A stretch of DNA of 64,000 nt, taken from Camelus dromedarius (Eukaryota). Positions 12,361 to 26,703 of the stretch are shown here, piece after piece (the stretch's first letter is position 1; each line of letters opens with the position of its first letter). Where the stretch lies: positions 52,082,001 through 52,146,000 of the forward strand of contig NC_087437.1 in NCBI RefSeq assembly GCF_036321535.1, in the 5' to 3' direction. Under the pieces are notes generated by a model. It had not been told where the DNA came from, did no database searches, and saw nothing but the letters and a program-made list of their open reading frames with translations. Both the position numbers and the translations under genes were made by a program.

Positions 12361-13883
12361 TCTGTAACAGATTCCAGGCTGCAAAAAGGGAGAACGCAAA
12401 ACTGAAGGAGGTGTAGTTGAACACCTGGTGCGGGTAGGCGTTACAGCATTGAAGCAGAAACTAAGGGGGCGAGATGTGACTTGACAGCTAAATTCTGCAG
12501 TAGTTTAGAGAAGTCAGGTTAGCAGTATGATACAGTATAACTCCTCTGTGCCTGACCCTCGTGCTCTGGCCTCTGACTTGACACCACATGGCCTGTTACC
12601 ATGCTTGGGCTTCTGAAATGCGAAACAGCGTAAATTTTTCATAGTTAGCCATATGTGTTACAATGAAAATTATAAGTTTGATATGTTTTCTGTTCTTAAG
12701 AGATGGGTAAATTTCTCCTTTATGTTTTAGTCAAGGGTTTTTTAAGGTCATAAATTTTGAAAACCCTTTGTAATATAAATTGTGTATAACACATTTACAT
12801 AATATATGTCTTCTTTTATTTAAAAAAATTTTTTGTGTGAAATGATACATACCCATCATTTTTCAAAATCCTTCAATACAGAAAGTTACACAGAGAATGT
12901 TTAAAAAAATTACCCTATATCCATCTTATCACCCAGAAATAACCATCATTATCATTTGGTGAATATCACTCTAGACATTTTTTACCTGCCTAGGTTGATA
13001 TAATTTTAGAAAAATTGGATCAAATAATGCTTGCTTTAAAAAATATAGTATTCAGTTGCATTTAGGAAGCTTATATAAAACAGGAATTTCTGAATTTCAA
13101 ATAAATAGTTCTTCATTATACTATCTTTTAATAAATCTCACTAAAGGTTAAAAATTTTAAATAACTGTGATAGATTGGAATTATTGTTTACAATAACTTT
13201 TCAGTTTTTATCATACCTATGTTCTCAAGCCAATAAGGAAATTTACATGCACTCATACATACTTGCTCCAGTCATACTTCTCCAGTCTCTCTCTCTTCTC
13301 TTATTTTTAATTAGTTAGGTTATTTCACCTCATTAAGGTTAACAACACATTCTTTTCTATATCCACAGTTCCCATAATTGTTTAACTTTTATTTAAATAG
13401 ATTATTGAGTTTAACACCATTCATTTTGCCATGATTTTTCCCTTGCTAAGATTTAATTTTCATTTGTCTTTTGGTTACCTGTTTGTATTTGGACATGTTA
13501 CATTTTGATAGAAAGACACAAAAATTGTTAGAGCTATGTTTATACATATTTTTCAACCCTTCCTTCTTCTATCTAATATCTGTTTGATACTCTTCCTTCT
13601 TCTCATGGAAAATTTAAGAAAAAATGACAGTTATGTTTTATAAGTAGAACCATCTAGACTCATAAGCTGAAGTATGTCCAGATTCATAATATTAATGGTA
13701 GAATTAGATATAAAATCCCTGCCTCCAGAACTCCAGGGATTATTCTGACTATATTTGAACTCTGTCTCTTAATCAGAGACAGGAATAAGACTTCTTTGAT
13801 GTGGCAAAAGGGTAATTTATTCTGTATTTTTTTCCCCCAAAAAATGTGTCTGAGTTGGAATCTCTCTCTCCGTCTCTTAGACA

Positions 13884-13886
<3 letters not shown>

Positions 13887-13926
<40 letters not shown>
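13887..13926. repeat. (AC)20 microsatellite
   Basis: Perfect dinucleotide run read directly. Confidence 0.97.
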
Positions 13927-13928
<2 letters not shown>

Positions 13929-15444
13929 CACACCACTCTCTACTCCCCTCCACCCTCCAACAACTGGTTTCTGCTGCTTTTATGAACAGCTTTCATAACA
14001 ACAAAAATATTTGAATGTTGGTTTTTATGTAGACATTTTGAGAAAATGCTGGGCTGATTTGATATAATGCCAAACATTAAGTTTGGGGGATTTTCATGGT
14101 GGTTTGCCTTGTTCCTCTTTGTTTTTGCTTTGGAGAGAGTGAGAAGAGGAGCTATTGCCACAGATCCTAAACCAGCTAGAATACTGGAAGTATCCAAAAG
14201 CTTGATAATGAACTGTCTGTATTATCTCTTCGCAAAAGTTTCTTCAGAAGATTTAATATCGTAGAGTATTTCCTTAAAGTTAGACCACAGGAAGTCGGGT
14301 TGTCAGTCCTTTCTTAGTTAAAATCTCTACCTGTTCTACTTTGTATGTCTGTCTATTTATGCTTCTACTCCAGTGTCAGGTGATTACATATAATAAAGAA
14401 TATGGCTTTGTTATGCACATAATTTCCTGAAAAAGAAAGTTGTTTATTATGTAAAATGAGAAAATAATTCAGGTTTAGTTGTGCTGCTCTCAGGGGTTAG
14501 GATTGTCATTATTATGGTTGGTTATTTTAGCCGTTGGGGTTTTTAGAGTTACCCAAGTCAAAATTTTAAGAACCAACATCAAAGAGCAAGAGATAAAATA
14601 TTTAAAAGGTGTTTACATATATTTTGGGTTAATATGGAGATTTAATTGAAGAAGAATAACTCTTCTATGTAGGATATGAATACTTTCCATGGCTATTATC
14701 TTTACAACCGTGTATCCTTAGTCTGCCATTTATAAATCAAGAATAAAGTAACCTTTAAAAAGATAATTCCTCTAAAATGTCCAGGTTAAGTAAGAAAATT
14801 TTAAAGCAAATTTCTAAATAAATATGAAAACCAAAAGGTAAAAACTACGTATACCATATACAGTTAAATTAAAAGACTATAAAAATGCACAGATAAATGA
14901 TACGGTTGTAAAAACAAGTTGAAATAGACAACTAAAAGGTAAGGCAAGTGAAACTGTCTGAGAATAAAATAGAAGATTAAAAGTTCATGAGTACTAGATA
15001 AAATAAACTAAAATTTTGATAAAATAAAGAAATGCCAGTATACAACATAGTTAAAACCAGTACCTTGAGAACTTGAAGAAATAAATTTAAAAAATACATA
15101 AAATGCTGCCCTTAGAAAATCTCAAATGGGCCACATAAGGGCTTCCTAGTAGAGCTCTTCAGTGGGAGGTCACCCAGGGGGAAAGTCACTGGACCTTTAC
15201 CTGTCCCCTTAGTGGGCTCCCTTAATAACTATACTTGTCCTGCTCTGTCAATGCTGACTTTTCTTCATGCCTCTTGGATGCTTGCAGCAATAGGTTCCTC
15301 CCAAGATACTGTCTTAAGTAAGACCTTTGTAAATCACTACCCAACAAGAAAACATGTTTGAAATTTTAAAATGCATTAGTTTGATTTCTGATGATAAAGA
15401 TTTTTCCTAAGCCTTAGGAACAGCACATATGATGCACATATGGC

Positions 15445-15610
15445 AGGTTATGATCTTTGGCAAATTACTTAACTTCTCTAAGCTTCAGTATCTTACCTCA
15501 ACTGAAGATAATGTTTACTGGGTAAGGTTATTATGAGATGGAAAAAACAAAATGTATGTAAAGCATTTAATATAGTGCCCAGTGTAATAGGAATAACTAA
15601 ATGATAGATG
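15445..15610 (+). mobile_element. MIR SINE fragment
   Basis: tgatctttggcaaattacttaacttctctaagcttcagt MIR core. Confidence 0.7.
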
Positions 15611-16158
15611 TGGTTGGAAATGTTAACTGAAATAATCTTAACTTCCCCTTCTTAGTCTGTGATGACTAAGGAAATACAAAATAATGCTTGCTATAGGAAA
15701 AAACTCTGGATAACTTTTTTCATTTATCTGGCTTGCCATAGCTGAAGAGAAATGGGTGGAGGGCAGTTGTGGAGGGGTTCTCTTGTCCCTTTCTGCAGTA
15801 CACAGAGCTGTTTAGACTTTGTCAGTGGTACATTTAAGAACGTAGCTACAGGCTCTGCTCTGGCTGCTTTGCCCCTACCCTCTCCTGAGACACCGAAGAT
15901 TGCAGTTGTAAAAGGTCTGGACTTGCTTAACTTGAGCTTCCTTATTTTCCCAAGTTGCATGGTAAAGGTATCTGTTCTGGCTATGGTCCTTGCTTTTTAT
16001 TGTCTTTTCTCTTCACAGTCAAGTGTTCCATCTTTTCTTTTTCTAATTTTTACCTACAAACGTGTGTGAGAAGTACATTTCAGCCTGTGAAACACTGTCA
16101 TTATTCTTAAAGACAACAGAGCACTTTTGTTTTCCTCTGGTTTCCTCTGACATTATAG

Positions 16159-16240
16159 GCACTCTGGTTTCCATTACTGGAGGCAATGATGGCCCCTCAG
16201 AAGCTGTCTAGTTCAGCTGCACCTCCTCTACACTCTGAAG
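16159..16240 (+). CDS. VPS8: VPS8 coding exon (5th, 82 nt)
   Basis: ttatag|GCA acceptor; ALWFPLLEAMMAPQKLSSSAAPPLHSE plus 1 nt; donor AAG|gtaagt. Confidence 0.96.
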
Positions 16241-16596
16241 GTAAGTTCATCAGAGGCCACCTATACTGTCCCCCAGTTTTCATCTGCTGGAAATTATCAT
16301 TGTGATACCTGCTCCTGCTATCATATTTTTATTATTTTTCTTAATGAAATCATATTGTAGGGTTGATCTCATCTTTCAGGTTCAGTTCTTTCTGGCACCA
16401 TTTATATCATTTGTCTTGAATAATTGTAGCTTTGCAACCTACCAGCAGTTAGCTTTAAAATATTAAACAGGCTAATTAGTTTAGTTAGTTAGTTAAGTTA
16501 GCTAAGATTCTAGGAAGCTCTATCCCTATGACTTATAGGAAAAACTAGAAATTCTTATTTTAAACTAACCTTAATGTTAACATTTTCTTATAACAG

Positions 16597-16679
16597 CTCT
16601 GAAATCTTTGACCATGCAAGTTCTAAACAGCATGGCAGCATTTATTGCCCTTCCATCAATCCTGCAAAGAATCTTACAG
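16597..16679 (+). CDS. VPS8: VPS8 coding exon (6th, 83 nt)
   Basis: taacag|CT acceptor; (A)LKSLTMQVLNSMAAFIALPSILQRILQ; donor CAG|gtgagt. Confidence 0.96.
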
Positions 16680-18109
16680 GTGAGTTAAAAGGGGACAATT
16701 CAGTGTGGATCAACTTTAACTAATGTTTTAGTTATGTGTAAATAATAGCAAATTGGGCTAATGTTTAAACGGGTCTCAAGCATAATGCAGCTGATTTTTG
16801 GCGTTAGCTAAATATCTAACTTATGGCTCTCACCCTGGAATCTTTCCCAACTCCAGCGGTGTTTGCCCAGCACACACTTGCAGCCTTCAGTTAGGGTGTG
16901 CAGCCTTCAGCTGTTCACTGTGACCTTGGGGTTCAGATTCAGACCTTGGGCTTCCTTTTGCTGTGCTAGCTGTGAGAGAATTACCATTGTTTGCAGCTGG
17001 TTATACTTTTTAGATCAAAAAAAGATAACCTAAAAATCATATTAATACAGACATTTCTTAGTCAATGGTTGTTACTTAAGTTTTTTAACTCATCCTAGAA
17101 CTTTACATCGAAAACTCCTCTCCTGCTCTAGATTCTAGACGGCTTTTGTGCCCAAAGCGTTTGGAGGAAACATCCTTCCAGCCTATTTTGTTCAGTGAAA
17201 AGGCCTCTACCTTTCCAGATTCATCAAAAGGAGAACACTAAAAATATGCGAAGATGTATTTTTAGAAAAATCTGTGAACATTCTTGGGAAAACTGCAAGA
17301 ATAATCCTTAGAATCCATTTTGTCTTCCTTTATGCAGCATAGAGACACACCAAAAAACTAAAAAGTCAGATAGTAATATGATGCCATTGGTCTTCACAAT
17401 TTTTAAATGATTTTTATACAACTAAGAATGTTTCTCTCAGCTTTCTCTAAGATTTTTCAGGCTCTCTTTCCCATCTGGTATTAAGCATCTGGGCCTTTGC
17501 TGATAAAGACTACTGTACCCAGTAGTCTCACCACATTGTACATTATTACTTAGAATGTATCTTTACACATATCATTTCATTTGATACTTACCATAAATTA
17601 AATAATTCTTTGGTACAGACTACTTTTTATATCCATTCTAAAATATATTAGTCATAGGTTTTTAATCTATATAAAGAAATATCTCTGTAAGGCAGGAACA
17701 CTTTAATTTCCCAAGTAAATTTAAAAACATGAAATCCTAAAACCGAAAGTAGCTTCCCTCTCATTGTATGCACTTTGTTTTATGTTGAGCTTTAACCACA
17801 CTTTGTTACGTAAATTATAAGAAACAAAAATCTGTTTTTTCCTTGGCAAAAGCATATGATATTTTAAAAAAATACTTTATTTTGAAACTCACATCCTTGA
17901 AGGCTTTTGATATTTGAAAGTCTTAGCTTTATTTTTGCATTATACTAGTATTCATTGTAATTGTATTCATATCATTTTCTACCTTTAGTGGTTGTTAACT
18001 AATTGGAAGGGTGTGCTGATTCTTAAATTCCTTATTTGCACATTTCTGATTACTGTAATAATTCTACCTTATATTTGTATAGAGATTTTTATTTTTTTTA
18101 AGTTGCTTT

Positions 18110-18295
18110 TATAGATATCGCATTTGAAGCTCGCAAGAATCTCTTGAAATAGGTAGGGCTACTATACAAATTTCTGTTGATGAAGGGCAAAACTGAAACA
18201 CAGAAAAGTTAGGTACCTGACCTACCATTAGTGGCAGCATCCAGACTACCACCAAAGTCTCTCACCTCCTAACTTACGCTCTTTCTCATTATATC
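18110..18295 (-). mobile_element. MIR SINE fragment
   Basis: gatgaagggcaaaactgaaacacagaaaagttagg, antisense MIR core. Confidence 0.6.
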
Positions 18296-18599
18296 ATGTA
18301 AACTCCATTTGTTTCAGTCCCTGGTCTTTTGAAGAGTTAATTGTTAATTAGTTTATTAATTATATGTTACTGTTTGGTAGTTATCTACATAAATGAAAGA
18401 AGGGCACAGTTCTTGCCCTAAAAGGGCTCTTATAAGAGAGATGAGAAAATATCTGATGCAACTGTTCACAGGGCTGTAAAGCACAAGTAAGATTGGTCAC
18501 TTTAAGGATTAGCTGCTCTGAACCCCAGGAAGGGTCGTTGCCACTTCTGCATCCCTACATTCAGTCCACATAAGTACAGCAGGAGCATCCATGTGAAAG

Positions 18600-19056
18600 C
18601 AAGACCCCACGTGATTGACTCAGGGTGGGCAGCTGGCCTAAGAGGGGCCAGTCAGTGTCCTTTTCAGGAAATTTTAGAATTGAATTGAAAAAAGATGAAT
18701 AGTTTCTCTTCAGTTCTCTGGATTATATAAAGTACAAAGTTCAGGAGCTGGCGGTGACTACTTTTCTGTCATATGCATTGAAAAAGTAAGAAAGTTTATC
18801 TGAGAGAGAAGAATGAAACACACACACAAAGAGGAGAATAGATAAGCTGCATGGAGAAGAGAAAAGATACAGAGAGAGGATTTAAGACACTGGGAAAGGA
18901 GATAACATGAAGAGAAAATCCTCATGGCATCTGAGTCTCATTGTAGTTCTTAAGGTTTATCTGCATTCCTCTTCTTGGATCCTTAGACACCCCAGTACCT
19001 TTACAATAATTATCTTTTTTGAACAAGTTGGGTTTCTGAATATATATAACCAAAGA
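18600..19056 (+). mobile_element. MLT1-type (MaLR) solo LTR relic
   Basis: cacgtgattgactcagggtgggcagctggcctaagaggggccagtcag and terminal aagttgggtttctg...taaccaaagag resemble old MLT1 LTRs. Confidence 0.6.
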
Positions 19057-19069
19057 GGTACCAATAAAG

Positions 19070-19860
19070 TATATATCTGAAACAGACTGGAGAATTTGGA
19101 AAGATTTCCTAAAGGAGATGTCTGAATTGAATCTTAAAGAGCCTAAAGGAATCAGGGGGAAAAAGAGGACTATTCTAAAGCACAGTGAACTATATATACA
19201 AAGAATTTGAGGTAAAACATGGCACATTTGAAGAGTTGCAAATGTTTAAGTATGCTTGGAACATACGACAAGAATAAAGGTGAGTCATGGAGCTGAAATT
19301 TGAGAGACAGGGGCTGTGTCCTTAATTGCTTTGTAAACCATGGTAATGACTTTGGATTTTATTTTAAAATCAGTAAATTTTCATTAAGATATTTTAACTA
19401 GAGGAATGATGGGATGACATTTCATTTTAGAAAGAACACTCAGTCTACGTTATACAGGATAAATTGGAAGTAAACAAGACCGAAGGCATAGAGATACTCA
19501 GAATGTAATAGGTACTCAAGTTTGTTAATTGAGTTACACAGAATGGATAGGAGAAAGTAGATTTGAAAATTACTTAGCTGGTAGAATCTACTTGACTTTT
19601 TGACTGATTAGAAGTAGGGGAACAAAAGAAGAACCCGGGTAAACCCCCTAAATTCAGTTTCATGTGGCTAACAGTGAGCAGTGGGGGGAATATAAGACTG
19701 GAGTTTGTAGGAAGTGGTAAGAAGTGGAGAGGAAGATTTGGAAGTCATCGAAGCAGAAGTGGTAGTTATATTCTTGAAACTAGATGAACTTTAAGATGAA
19801 ATGAATTAGTGAGAAAAGCCGAAGGCCAAAATGGAGTTCTAAGAAACATTCAAGGACCTT
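19070..19860 (-). mobile_element. L2 fragment
   Basis: gagatgtctgaattgaatcttaaag, gactttggattttatttt and gactgattagaagtagggg L2 motifs. Confidence 0.6.
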
Positions 19861-19964
19861 AAGAGATAAGACTATACTTTGCCTAGTACACTATCACTAT
19901 CACTTAACCCTGGGGCACCTGGCATATAATAGGTACTCTGAATAGTTATAGAATGAAAAAAGTC

Positions 19965-21080
19965 AAGAATGGAGGAATTCTAGTTCTGGCCAAGAGGAGT
20001 GGCTTGGATGCATCCTCTTGCTTATAACAACTAAAATATGGAAAAAATACATAACATAATAGTTTTCAAAAAACTGGTAGTCAGTCAATACAGGGCGGTA
20101 ATTCCTTGGAGACAGGAAATAAACAATGTAAGCCCTCTGTCTGCCCCAGCTTGATGTCTTTAGAGAGTTTCCAGGCAGTAGCACAGGAAGGGAATCCCAA
20201 GCAATTTTCAGCATACTTACTGATTTGAGGAGTTGGAACTGAGAGTCAAGAGAGACCAAGGTAGAGTTTTCAGGGTAAATAAGAGGAGAGGAAACTCTGG
20301 AGCAATCAGGGGGCCTCCCTCAAGCCTCAGTGCATGATCTGAGGAAAGTACCTAGGCAGGGAGAGAACCACCTGAATGGATTGGGGGGAATAATACTTGT
20401 ATTCACACAGGGCCAAAAATAGAGTCTTATTCACCAGTAAGACTAGAAGACCTCATAATTCACAGAACATTGAGTAGAGTACTCACAAGTACTCAGTAAT
20501 GGGAAACAATTAGGCCTAGACCAAACATAGCTCCTGTCATGCTTTTCAAATTTTAAAAGCAAGGCCTGAACGGATCAAACTGTTTCCTGATAATTTAACT
20601 GCATCTCAGAACAAAGCTTAAAAATATTTTTGGAATACAGAAATATCCAGGTCTCAATAGTGTAAAATTTACAGTGTATGTAAGACATTCTATAAAACTT
20701 TTAAGATATGCAAAGATGTTGGAAAATGAAACCCAGATATGACATTGAATATAGGAATTAACAGATGAGAATGCCAAAACAGAAGAAAAGATTAGTGAAT
20801 TTGAAGACACAGTAACACAGACTATCTAAAAATGAAATGCGTAAGAAAAGTGAATCAGGAAAAAAAAATGAACCAGAGTGTCATTGAGCTGTGGGACAAT
20901 TTCAGGTGGCCCAAAATACATATACTTGGAATTCTGAAAATAGGGAGTTGGAGCAGAAAAAAATATTTTAAATATTAGCCCTAAAATTTCCAGATTTATT
21001 GAGAACTGTTAGTAAAGATCAATAACCCCAAACTCAAAAACATGAAGAACTACAAGGTACATTATAATTGCTCAAAGTCA
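19965..21080 (+). mobile_element. Old L1 5' UTR/ORF1 relic
   Basis: gaagaaaagattagtgaatttgaagac and gagctgtgggacaatttcaggtggcccaaaatacat are ORF1 coiled-coil/RRM remnants; similar to 41480-43011. Confidence 0.7.
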
Positions 21081-21084
21081 AAAA

Positions 21085-23105
21085 TTAACAGAAATCAAAG
21101 AGGAAGTTAAAAAATACCTCAAGACAAATGAAGATGGAAACACAACTTTCTAAAATCTATGGGATGTAGGAAAAGCAGTTTTAAGAGGGAAGTTTATAGC
21201 GATAAAGGCCTTCCTCAAGAAACAAGAAAATTCCCAAGTAAACAACCTAACCTCCCAGATAAAGGAATTAGAAAAAGAAGAACAAGCAAAGCCCAAAGTA
21301 GGAAAAGAGATAAAGATCAGAGACAAAATAAAATAGAGACCAAAAAAACAATAGAAAAGATCAATGAAACCAAGAGTTGGTTTTTGAAAAGATAAACAAA
21401 ATTAATAAACTTTTTAGCCAGGCTTACCAAGAAGAAAAGAGAAATAGCAACTAATACCAAAGAGATTAAAAAAAATAAGAAGAAGAAGACATGAAAAAGC
21501 AGAAATAGCAACTGATACCACAGAGATACAAAAAAAAAAATCATAATACTACAAAGTTATGTGCCAACAGATTGGACAATCTAGAAGCAGTGGACAAATT
21601 TCTAGAAACATACAACCTGTTGAGACTGTTTCTTCCTAGAAACAGACAATCTGAACAGACTGATCACTAGTAATGAAATTGAGTTTGTAATAAATTAAAA
21701 AAAAATACTCCCAGCAAACAAAAATCCAGGGCAAGATGGATTCACAGCAGAATTCTACCAAATGTGTAAAGAAGACCTATCCTTCTCAAACTGTTCCCCA
21801 AAATTGAAGAGGAGTGAATACTCCCAAATCCATTCTACAAGGCCACCATTATCCTCATACAAAAACCAGACAAAGACACTACAAAAGAAAATTAGAGGCC
21901 AGTGTCTTTGATGAATGTAGGTGTAAAAATCCTGAACAAAGTATTAGCAAACCAAATCCAACAATATATAAAAAGGGTCGTACACCATGATCAAGTAAGA
22001 TTTATTCCAGGAATGCACAGATGATTCAGTATTTGCAAATCAATCAGTGTTATATGCCACATTAGTAAAAGCAAGGATAAAAATCACATCCTCACCTCAG
22101 TAGATACAAAAAAAACATTTGACAAAATTCAGCATCCATTCATGATAAAAACTCTCACCACAGTTGATAGAGAGAGAATATGTCTCAGCATAATGAAAGC
22201 CCTGTATGACAGACTAACAGCTAACATACTCACTGGTGAAAAGCCGAAAGCCTTTCCTTTAAAATTAGGAACAAGACAAGGATGCCCATTCTCGCCACTT
22301 CTACTTAATATAGTACTGGAAGTCCTAGTCACAGCAATCAAATAAGAAAGAGAAATAAAAGGCATCCAAATTGGAAAGAAGTAAAACTCACAGTTTGCAG
22401 ATAACATGGTTCTATATACGGAAAACCATAGTCTCCCACCCCAAAACTATTAGAACTGATAAATTCTAATAAAGTTTCAGGATACAAGCTTAATATACAG
22501 AAAAGTTTTACCTTCCTATACACTAGTAATGAACTATCAGAAAGAGAAAGCCCCCCCACCGAAAAAAATCCCATTTACAATCCCAGTAAAAAGAATAAAA
22601 TGCCTAGGAATAAACTTAACCAAGAAGGTAAAAGACCTGTGCTCAGAAAACTATAAAACACTGAAGGAATTTGAAGACAATACAAAGAAAAGGAAAGATA
22701 TCCTATGTTCTTGGATTAGAAGAATTAATATTGTTAAAATGTCCATACTACCCAAAAGCAATCTAATATTTAATGCAATCTCAATCAAAATACCCATGAC
22801 ATTTTTCATAAAACTAGAACAAATAATTCTAAAATTTATTTGGAACCATAAAAGACCCCAAATTGCAAAACAACCTTGAGAAGAAGACAAAGCTGGAGAT
22901 ACCGTGTTCTCTGACTTGAAACTATACTATAAAAATACAGTAATCAAAACAGCATGGTATTGGCACAAAAAGACCCATATGGATCAATGAAACAGAATAG
23001 AGAGCCCATAAATAAACCCATGCACCTATGGTCAACTAATTTACAACAAAGGAAGCGAGAATATACAGTGGAGAAAAGACAGTGGATCTGTCTCCTAAAG
23101 CAAAA
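21085..23105 (+). mobile_element. L1 ORF2 (reverse transcriptase) fragment, decayed, sense to VPS8
   Basis: Supplied ORFs give [42 protein letters not shown] and [17 protein letters not shown]; many stops and frameshifts. Confidence 0.93.
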
Positions 23106-23943
23106 AGTACCACTACACTGTGACTTCCGTGAAAGCAGAGACCAGATCTACTTGTTCAGTAATTTATCTCCAGTACCTAGCACAGTGCTTGGAACATAAT
23201 ATATAATCAATAAATATTAGTTGGCTCAACTACCTAATGTCCCTGGGTAGTCTAACACAGTTTGTAAAGCACTTTTGTGTTCTTTATCTCCTTTGATCTT
23301 TGTGTACATTATGCTGGGGAAGTGATGGTATCCACATGATTTTTAAGAGGGAAGAGCCACTTAAAAAATTAAATAATTTGTCCCATTATTAAGTGGGAAC
23401 ATTAACCTAGATTTTCTAACTCCGAAATTTTGGCCTTTTCTTCTGTACCTAACACCAGCCATAGTATTTTTCATATCTGTCTCACTCTATCTGGTCTCCT
23501 GGGGAGAAGATAGGAAATGACAGTTATTTAGATGCACAGTTGCTCAGATATTTACAATTTTTCTAGAAGACATGTTCACATAATAAGAGGTTCTCAAAGA
23601 TCTTCCTGACCTCTGCATATTTATTCAAACTGATACTTGGGGCCTGAATTGTACAGGTTTCTTTCATGAACATTAGGTGATAAGTTGGTATTTTTAAGGG
23701 ACCATATTTATGTTTTGTACATTCTGTCTTCACTGCTTGCCCGTAACTGATCTTCACTCTTTGGCAAATGTAATTTTTGGCTTCTTCGAGAAGCTATTTA
23801 TGACTCTTATACTGAGGGGATTAATACAAACAAATATGCTAACTGTTGTGTTATTCATATTTTAAAGTAATGCTTGATTAGTAAAATTTTAATTTTACAG
23901 CAAACCACATACATGATACAGTAGGTATCAGAAAGCAATAGAG

Positions 23944-24346
23944 GTATTGCCATTTGCAGCAATATGGATAGACTGAGAGAATATCATACTTAATGAAGTA
24001 AATCAGACGGAGAAATATATGTTGGTATCACTTATATGTGGAATCTAAAAAATAATACAAATGAATCTATACGCAAAACAGAAACAGACTAACAGACGTA
24101 GAAATCAGACTTATGGTTACTGAAGGGGTGAGGGGAGAGGGACAAATCTGTAGTATGGAATTAATAAACTACTATATATAAAATAGATAAGTAACATGGA
24201 TTTACTGTATAGCACAGGAAATTATATTCAGTATCTTGTAATAACCTATAATGGAGTATAATCAGGAAAAAAATAACTGAGTTTCTATGCTGTACATCTA
24301 AAACTCACACAATATTGTAAATCAACCATACTTCAATTTAAAAGAA
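23944..24346 (+). mobile_element. 5'-truncated L1 3' end with target-site duplication
   Basis: L1 3' UTR ending ...caaccatacttcaatttaaaag; TSD AAAGCAATAGAG at 23932-23943 and 24347-24358. Confidence 0.88.
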
Positions 24347-25637
24347 AAAGCAATAGAGAAAAAAAGGGGTTGTCGCATCTTTTTATAATGTGCTTTTTAA
24401 AAAACAAGTTTATGTGAAGTACCTAAACGTGGTCTTCTTTTGTAGTTTACAAACAAGTTTAAAGAGAAACCTCAGCAGTTATTTATCGCTGAAGAATCTA
24501 GCTGACACATTTGGAAAATAATTTGAAAAGCTAGTGGATTGTGTACACACTGTGCCAGAAGCCTTGAGTTCCCTTTTGCATTCTATAATTTATATGTTGT
24601 CTCAGCATGAGGTTATTTTCATGATTTTGCTTTTAAATTATGTATTTTAAAGTGAAATGTACTGATATAAATATAGGCATGACCTATAAAGATTTCTTCT
24701 TTTTCCCAGAATTTAACCTTTTCAAAACCTCTTCATTCTCCAAACCACCCTTGTCATAAACAAATGACAGAGCTTTTCTATGCTAGAGTTGTATTAGTGT
24801 ATTGGATGGACATAGTAGAGTAGATATTACAGCGTTCTTATAAGGTATTACACTGTCCATTATACTTTGAAAAGTAAGCGTATTTACTAAGAGCTTGACC
24901 AAAAGTATAACTGAGTGTAAGTTCAGAAGCATTAACATGGTTCTGTTTTTATGCAAAGAAAATTAAAAGATAATCTCATGGATATATGACCTGAGTTTTT
25001 CTAATGAAGAGTAAGTCAGTCTGAGATACCTGTAGTCTTGGCTTTTGCAAATGCTCTCCACATATTTGACAGATATCTTTAGCTTAGTGATAGCATCTTG
25101 AGCTGTGAAACAGAAATTTCCCCAGTAAGCGTAGGTGATCTGTTCAAGCCCAAAATAAACTTGTTAATTAGTACACAAATGTGTAGTTATTAACTACATT
25201 TGACTTCTTCAGCATAACCTCAGCATCAGGGACAAGGAACCTACAACAGACGATTGTGCTGCTCTCGACCAACTTAAAGTACTGAAAACTGATCTTAATT
25301 AGAAACTGTGTCTATCCAGTCTTCAAGCATAGAAGAGAAAAAAATTGTAAATCCTAACTCTACCTTGTATAAGGGCAGGAAGGCAAAGTTTCTTTTCAGA
25401 TTTCTGAACCTTTCTTCTGAGTTTTTCCTGCTGCACAATCATTTTTCTTTCTTAACATCTCAACTCACAGTTACTGTAACAAGATTTTAATAACCCTTAC
25501 TCCCTAAGAAGTAACCGGAAATGTTACCCATACCCATTTTCAGCAAATATTAGTTTATCATTTAGTTATTCATATTTGTTACCCATATTATCTAGCAAAC
25601 ATTGGTTTATTGGTTTATGTGTCCATACTTGGGAGAC

Positions 25638-25860
25638 CAGTACAGCGTGTTAATTAAAAACATAGTTTCTGAAGTACCTAGATTCCCATCCCAGCTCGCC
25701 TTCTTAATGGTGTTGTGTTCTTAGAGAATTTTATTTTACCTCTCAAGCCTGAATTTCTTCATTTATAAATGTTCTGGAAGGAATTTAGTGATATGGTAAA
25801 TACAAAGTGCTTAGCATTGTGCTTGGCATATGCTGCTCACTTAATAAATAGCAACTACTT
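25638..25860 (+). mobile_element. MIR SINE
   Basis: cagtacagcgtgttaattaaaaacat...cctctcaagcctgaatttcttcatttataaat...aaagtgcttagcattgtgcttggcata. Confidence 0.65.
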
Positions 25861-26017
25861 TTATCATTACCGTGTAGTTGGATTCCTATTCATTTGGTAG
25901 CAAAATTTTTATTATAATTCCCAGCCTAGCCAAAGGTGCAGTAAAATGGATGCACAAATGTTCTAATGGAGATAAAAATTGCATAACACAACTTTTTGGT
26001 AAAGCGGTTAGGCAATA

Positions 26018-26703
26018 CAGTTGACCTTGAACAATGCGGGGGTTAGGAACACAGACCCCGCCCCCCGCACAGTCGAAAATCCATGTATAACTTTTGACTC
26101 CCCCAAAACTTAACTACTAGTAGCCTGCTGTTGACTGAAAGCCTTACCAATAACACAAACAGTTGACTAACACATTTTTTATATGTTATATGTAGTATAT
26201 CCTGTATTCTTAAAATAAAGTAAGCTAGAGAAAAGAAAATGTTAGTGAAAATCATAAAGAAGAGAAAGCACACTTACTGTACTGTATTTATCAACACCTT
26301 ACATCATCTATTTACAAGATGAATTGTCTGTCTGTCAGTACCTACATCAGTATTATCTTATGTTCCAAACAGCGGGGAGGGAAAGGGGCACACTATACGG
26401 TAATGTAATTCTTTAAAAGTGAAGTTATAAAACAGTAAGAAAACTAACAGATTATTTTGTATTAAATATTAGTCACCTTATGCTTATGGAAGGGTAGACT
26501 AGTATCAACATGCATTTTATATATTCATGACATACTTAACTTTTTCTTAATTTTTCCCCAATTTCTTGGCTATGTGGTTCATCTGGGAGTTTTTTCATGT
26601 TGTTGTAAATCTCAAAAAATTTTTTGAATATATTTTTTGGGGAAAAATATCTGCATATAAGTGGACCCACTCAGTCCTAACCTGTGTTGTTCAAGGGTGA
26701 ACA
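26018..26703. mobile_element. Tigger2a-like non-autonomous DNA transposon (TcMar-Tigger)
   Basis: Inverted termini cagttgaccttgaacaatgcgg and cctgtgttgttcaagggtgaac, flanked by TA on both sides. Confidence 0.85.

Noticed and set aside
21085..23105. Reverse transcriptase-like ORFs suggesting an active element or novel RT system
   Set aside because: Standard L1 ORF2 fossil with many stops and frameshifts.
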